Shown here in pieces: positions 62,889-64,000 of a DNA stretch of 64,000 bases (positions within the stretch are counted from its first letter, which is position 1; each line of letters begins with the position of its first letter). Under the pieces are notes generated by a model. It was not told where the DNA came from, ran no database searches, and saw only the letters and a list, made by a program, of their open reading frames with translations. This DNA comes from Eledone cirrhosa (lineage: Eukaryota). The stretch covers positions 412,362,001-412,426,000 of the forward strand of contig OZ024740.1 in assembly GCA_964016885.1 (NCBI GenBank), in the 5' to 3' direction. Position numbers and translations under genes: made by a program.

Positions 62889-64000
62889 TTGTGTGTGTGA
62901 GTGTGTATGTGTGTGTGTGTGTATGATGGAGGGTGTGAGTGTATGTTTATTATAGAGGGTGGCAGATTTTCAAAATGGTATATTACATTGTGGTTTCAAG
63001 TCGCTCCGATCACAACTTTGCTTTGAACTCATACATATGCGCCCGTTTCTAAAATATAGAAATCAAATTCCAGATGTAAAACTACTGTGACAAGAGTGTG
63101 CTCCAAATATTGTTCTAACCAAAAATATATTTCTTACATTTTGTATATCCCTGGAAAGATGTACGAATTGACATTCGTATATCTCTCTATCTGATTAAAG
63201 CCCCACTCATAACATTGAACTCATTTACTTGACGTGGCCAGTTGTCTATAATATCTCTCCTCCTATACTGTATCTGGAGGGACTGGTAAGATTTATAATG
63301 ATGAGTTTTTGTCTTCCGTCTTTTAATATGAAATGTAACCTGATTTAACACGCATATTGAAATAACATTGGATTTATTTGTTATATTTGTAATAACTACT
63401 AGTCAGTTTAATCTGAATTGAATAGGGATAATTGCAATTGCTATGGGGAGAAAGGCTATGAAGCAATTAATGGATTATATTTCACCGGGTATATACAGAA
63501 TTGCACGCAAGAGGATAAAAGGTGACGGAATTATACTAGCGATTCTGCTCACAAGTTTAATTACATATGGAGAATAAGTGGAGTTCACCCAGGAAGAGAT
63601 ATTCGTATAACTGTGAACATTGAGAGTTATAATTGTCACCTATTATCGTGAAAGTCTTCTACAAAGTAATTATAGGCAGAATTCTTGTTAGTGTTGATAT
63701 GGTTCTTAATTAAGGAGAGCAAATGGTAAGCAAATGAGAATGAAGAATGGGAAGGTAGGACACGCATAGTCTGAAGTGAAGCAGCTGAAAAGGATCAAAA
63801 CATTGTCACATAAAAGTTAATGATGAGGGAGGGAACAGACATAAACAAAACAATTTAAAATATATATATATAAATGTGTGTGTGTGTCTGTGTATGCGTG
63901 AGTGCATTTGTGAGTAGCAGGAATTTACATTTGCTGTTTTTTTATGTCACTTAAAAATAGGTCGATAAATTATGTATCAGACTTCAAAATCTATCTACTG

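Overview
AT-rich eukaryotic DNA made almost entirely of repeats. I can support no host gene. The abundant tRNA-derived SINE resembles the one I recall from octopod cephalopods (inference, not a database result). Two retrotransposon nests sit on (AAT/ATT)n microsatellites (about 9.9-33 kb and 53.9-61.8 kb). They hold five Tx1/L1-clade LINEs (APE-RT-CCHC ORF2, zinc-knuckle ORF1), five R4/Dong-like restriction-endonuclease LINE pieces and several copies of one SINE. Relative to the microsatellite, Tx1 and SINE copies always face the ATT strand and R4-like copies face the AAT strand. The SINE shares its 3' terminal motif and ATT target with the Tx1 elements, suggesting a SINE-Tx1 partnership. A second set of elements sits in (TA)n runs (34-63 kb): a Penelope-like GIY-YIG remnant with an inverted pseudo-LTR, several hairpin elements, minimal type I hammerhead ribozymes (one with an intact core at 62631-62699), a 271-bp tandem/inverted unit carrying a 72-nt tRNA look-alike with its own Pol III terminator, a 2.2-kb direct-repeat-flanked non-coding element, and two mariner remnants. 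CR1-like, CRE-like, RTE-like and Helitron-like relics are also present. Coordinates were read by eye and may be off by a few bases.
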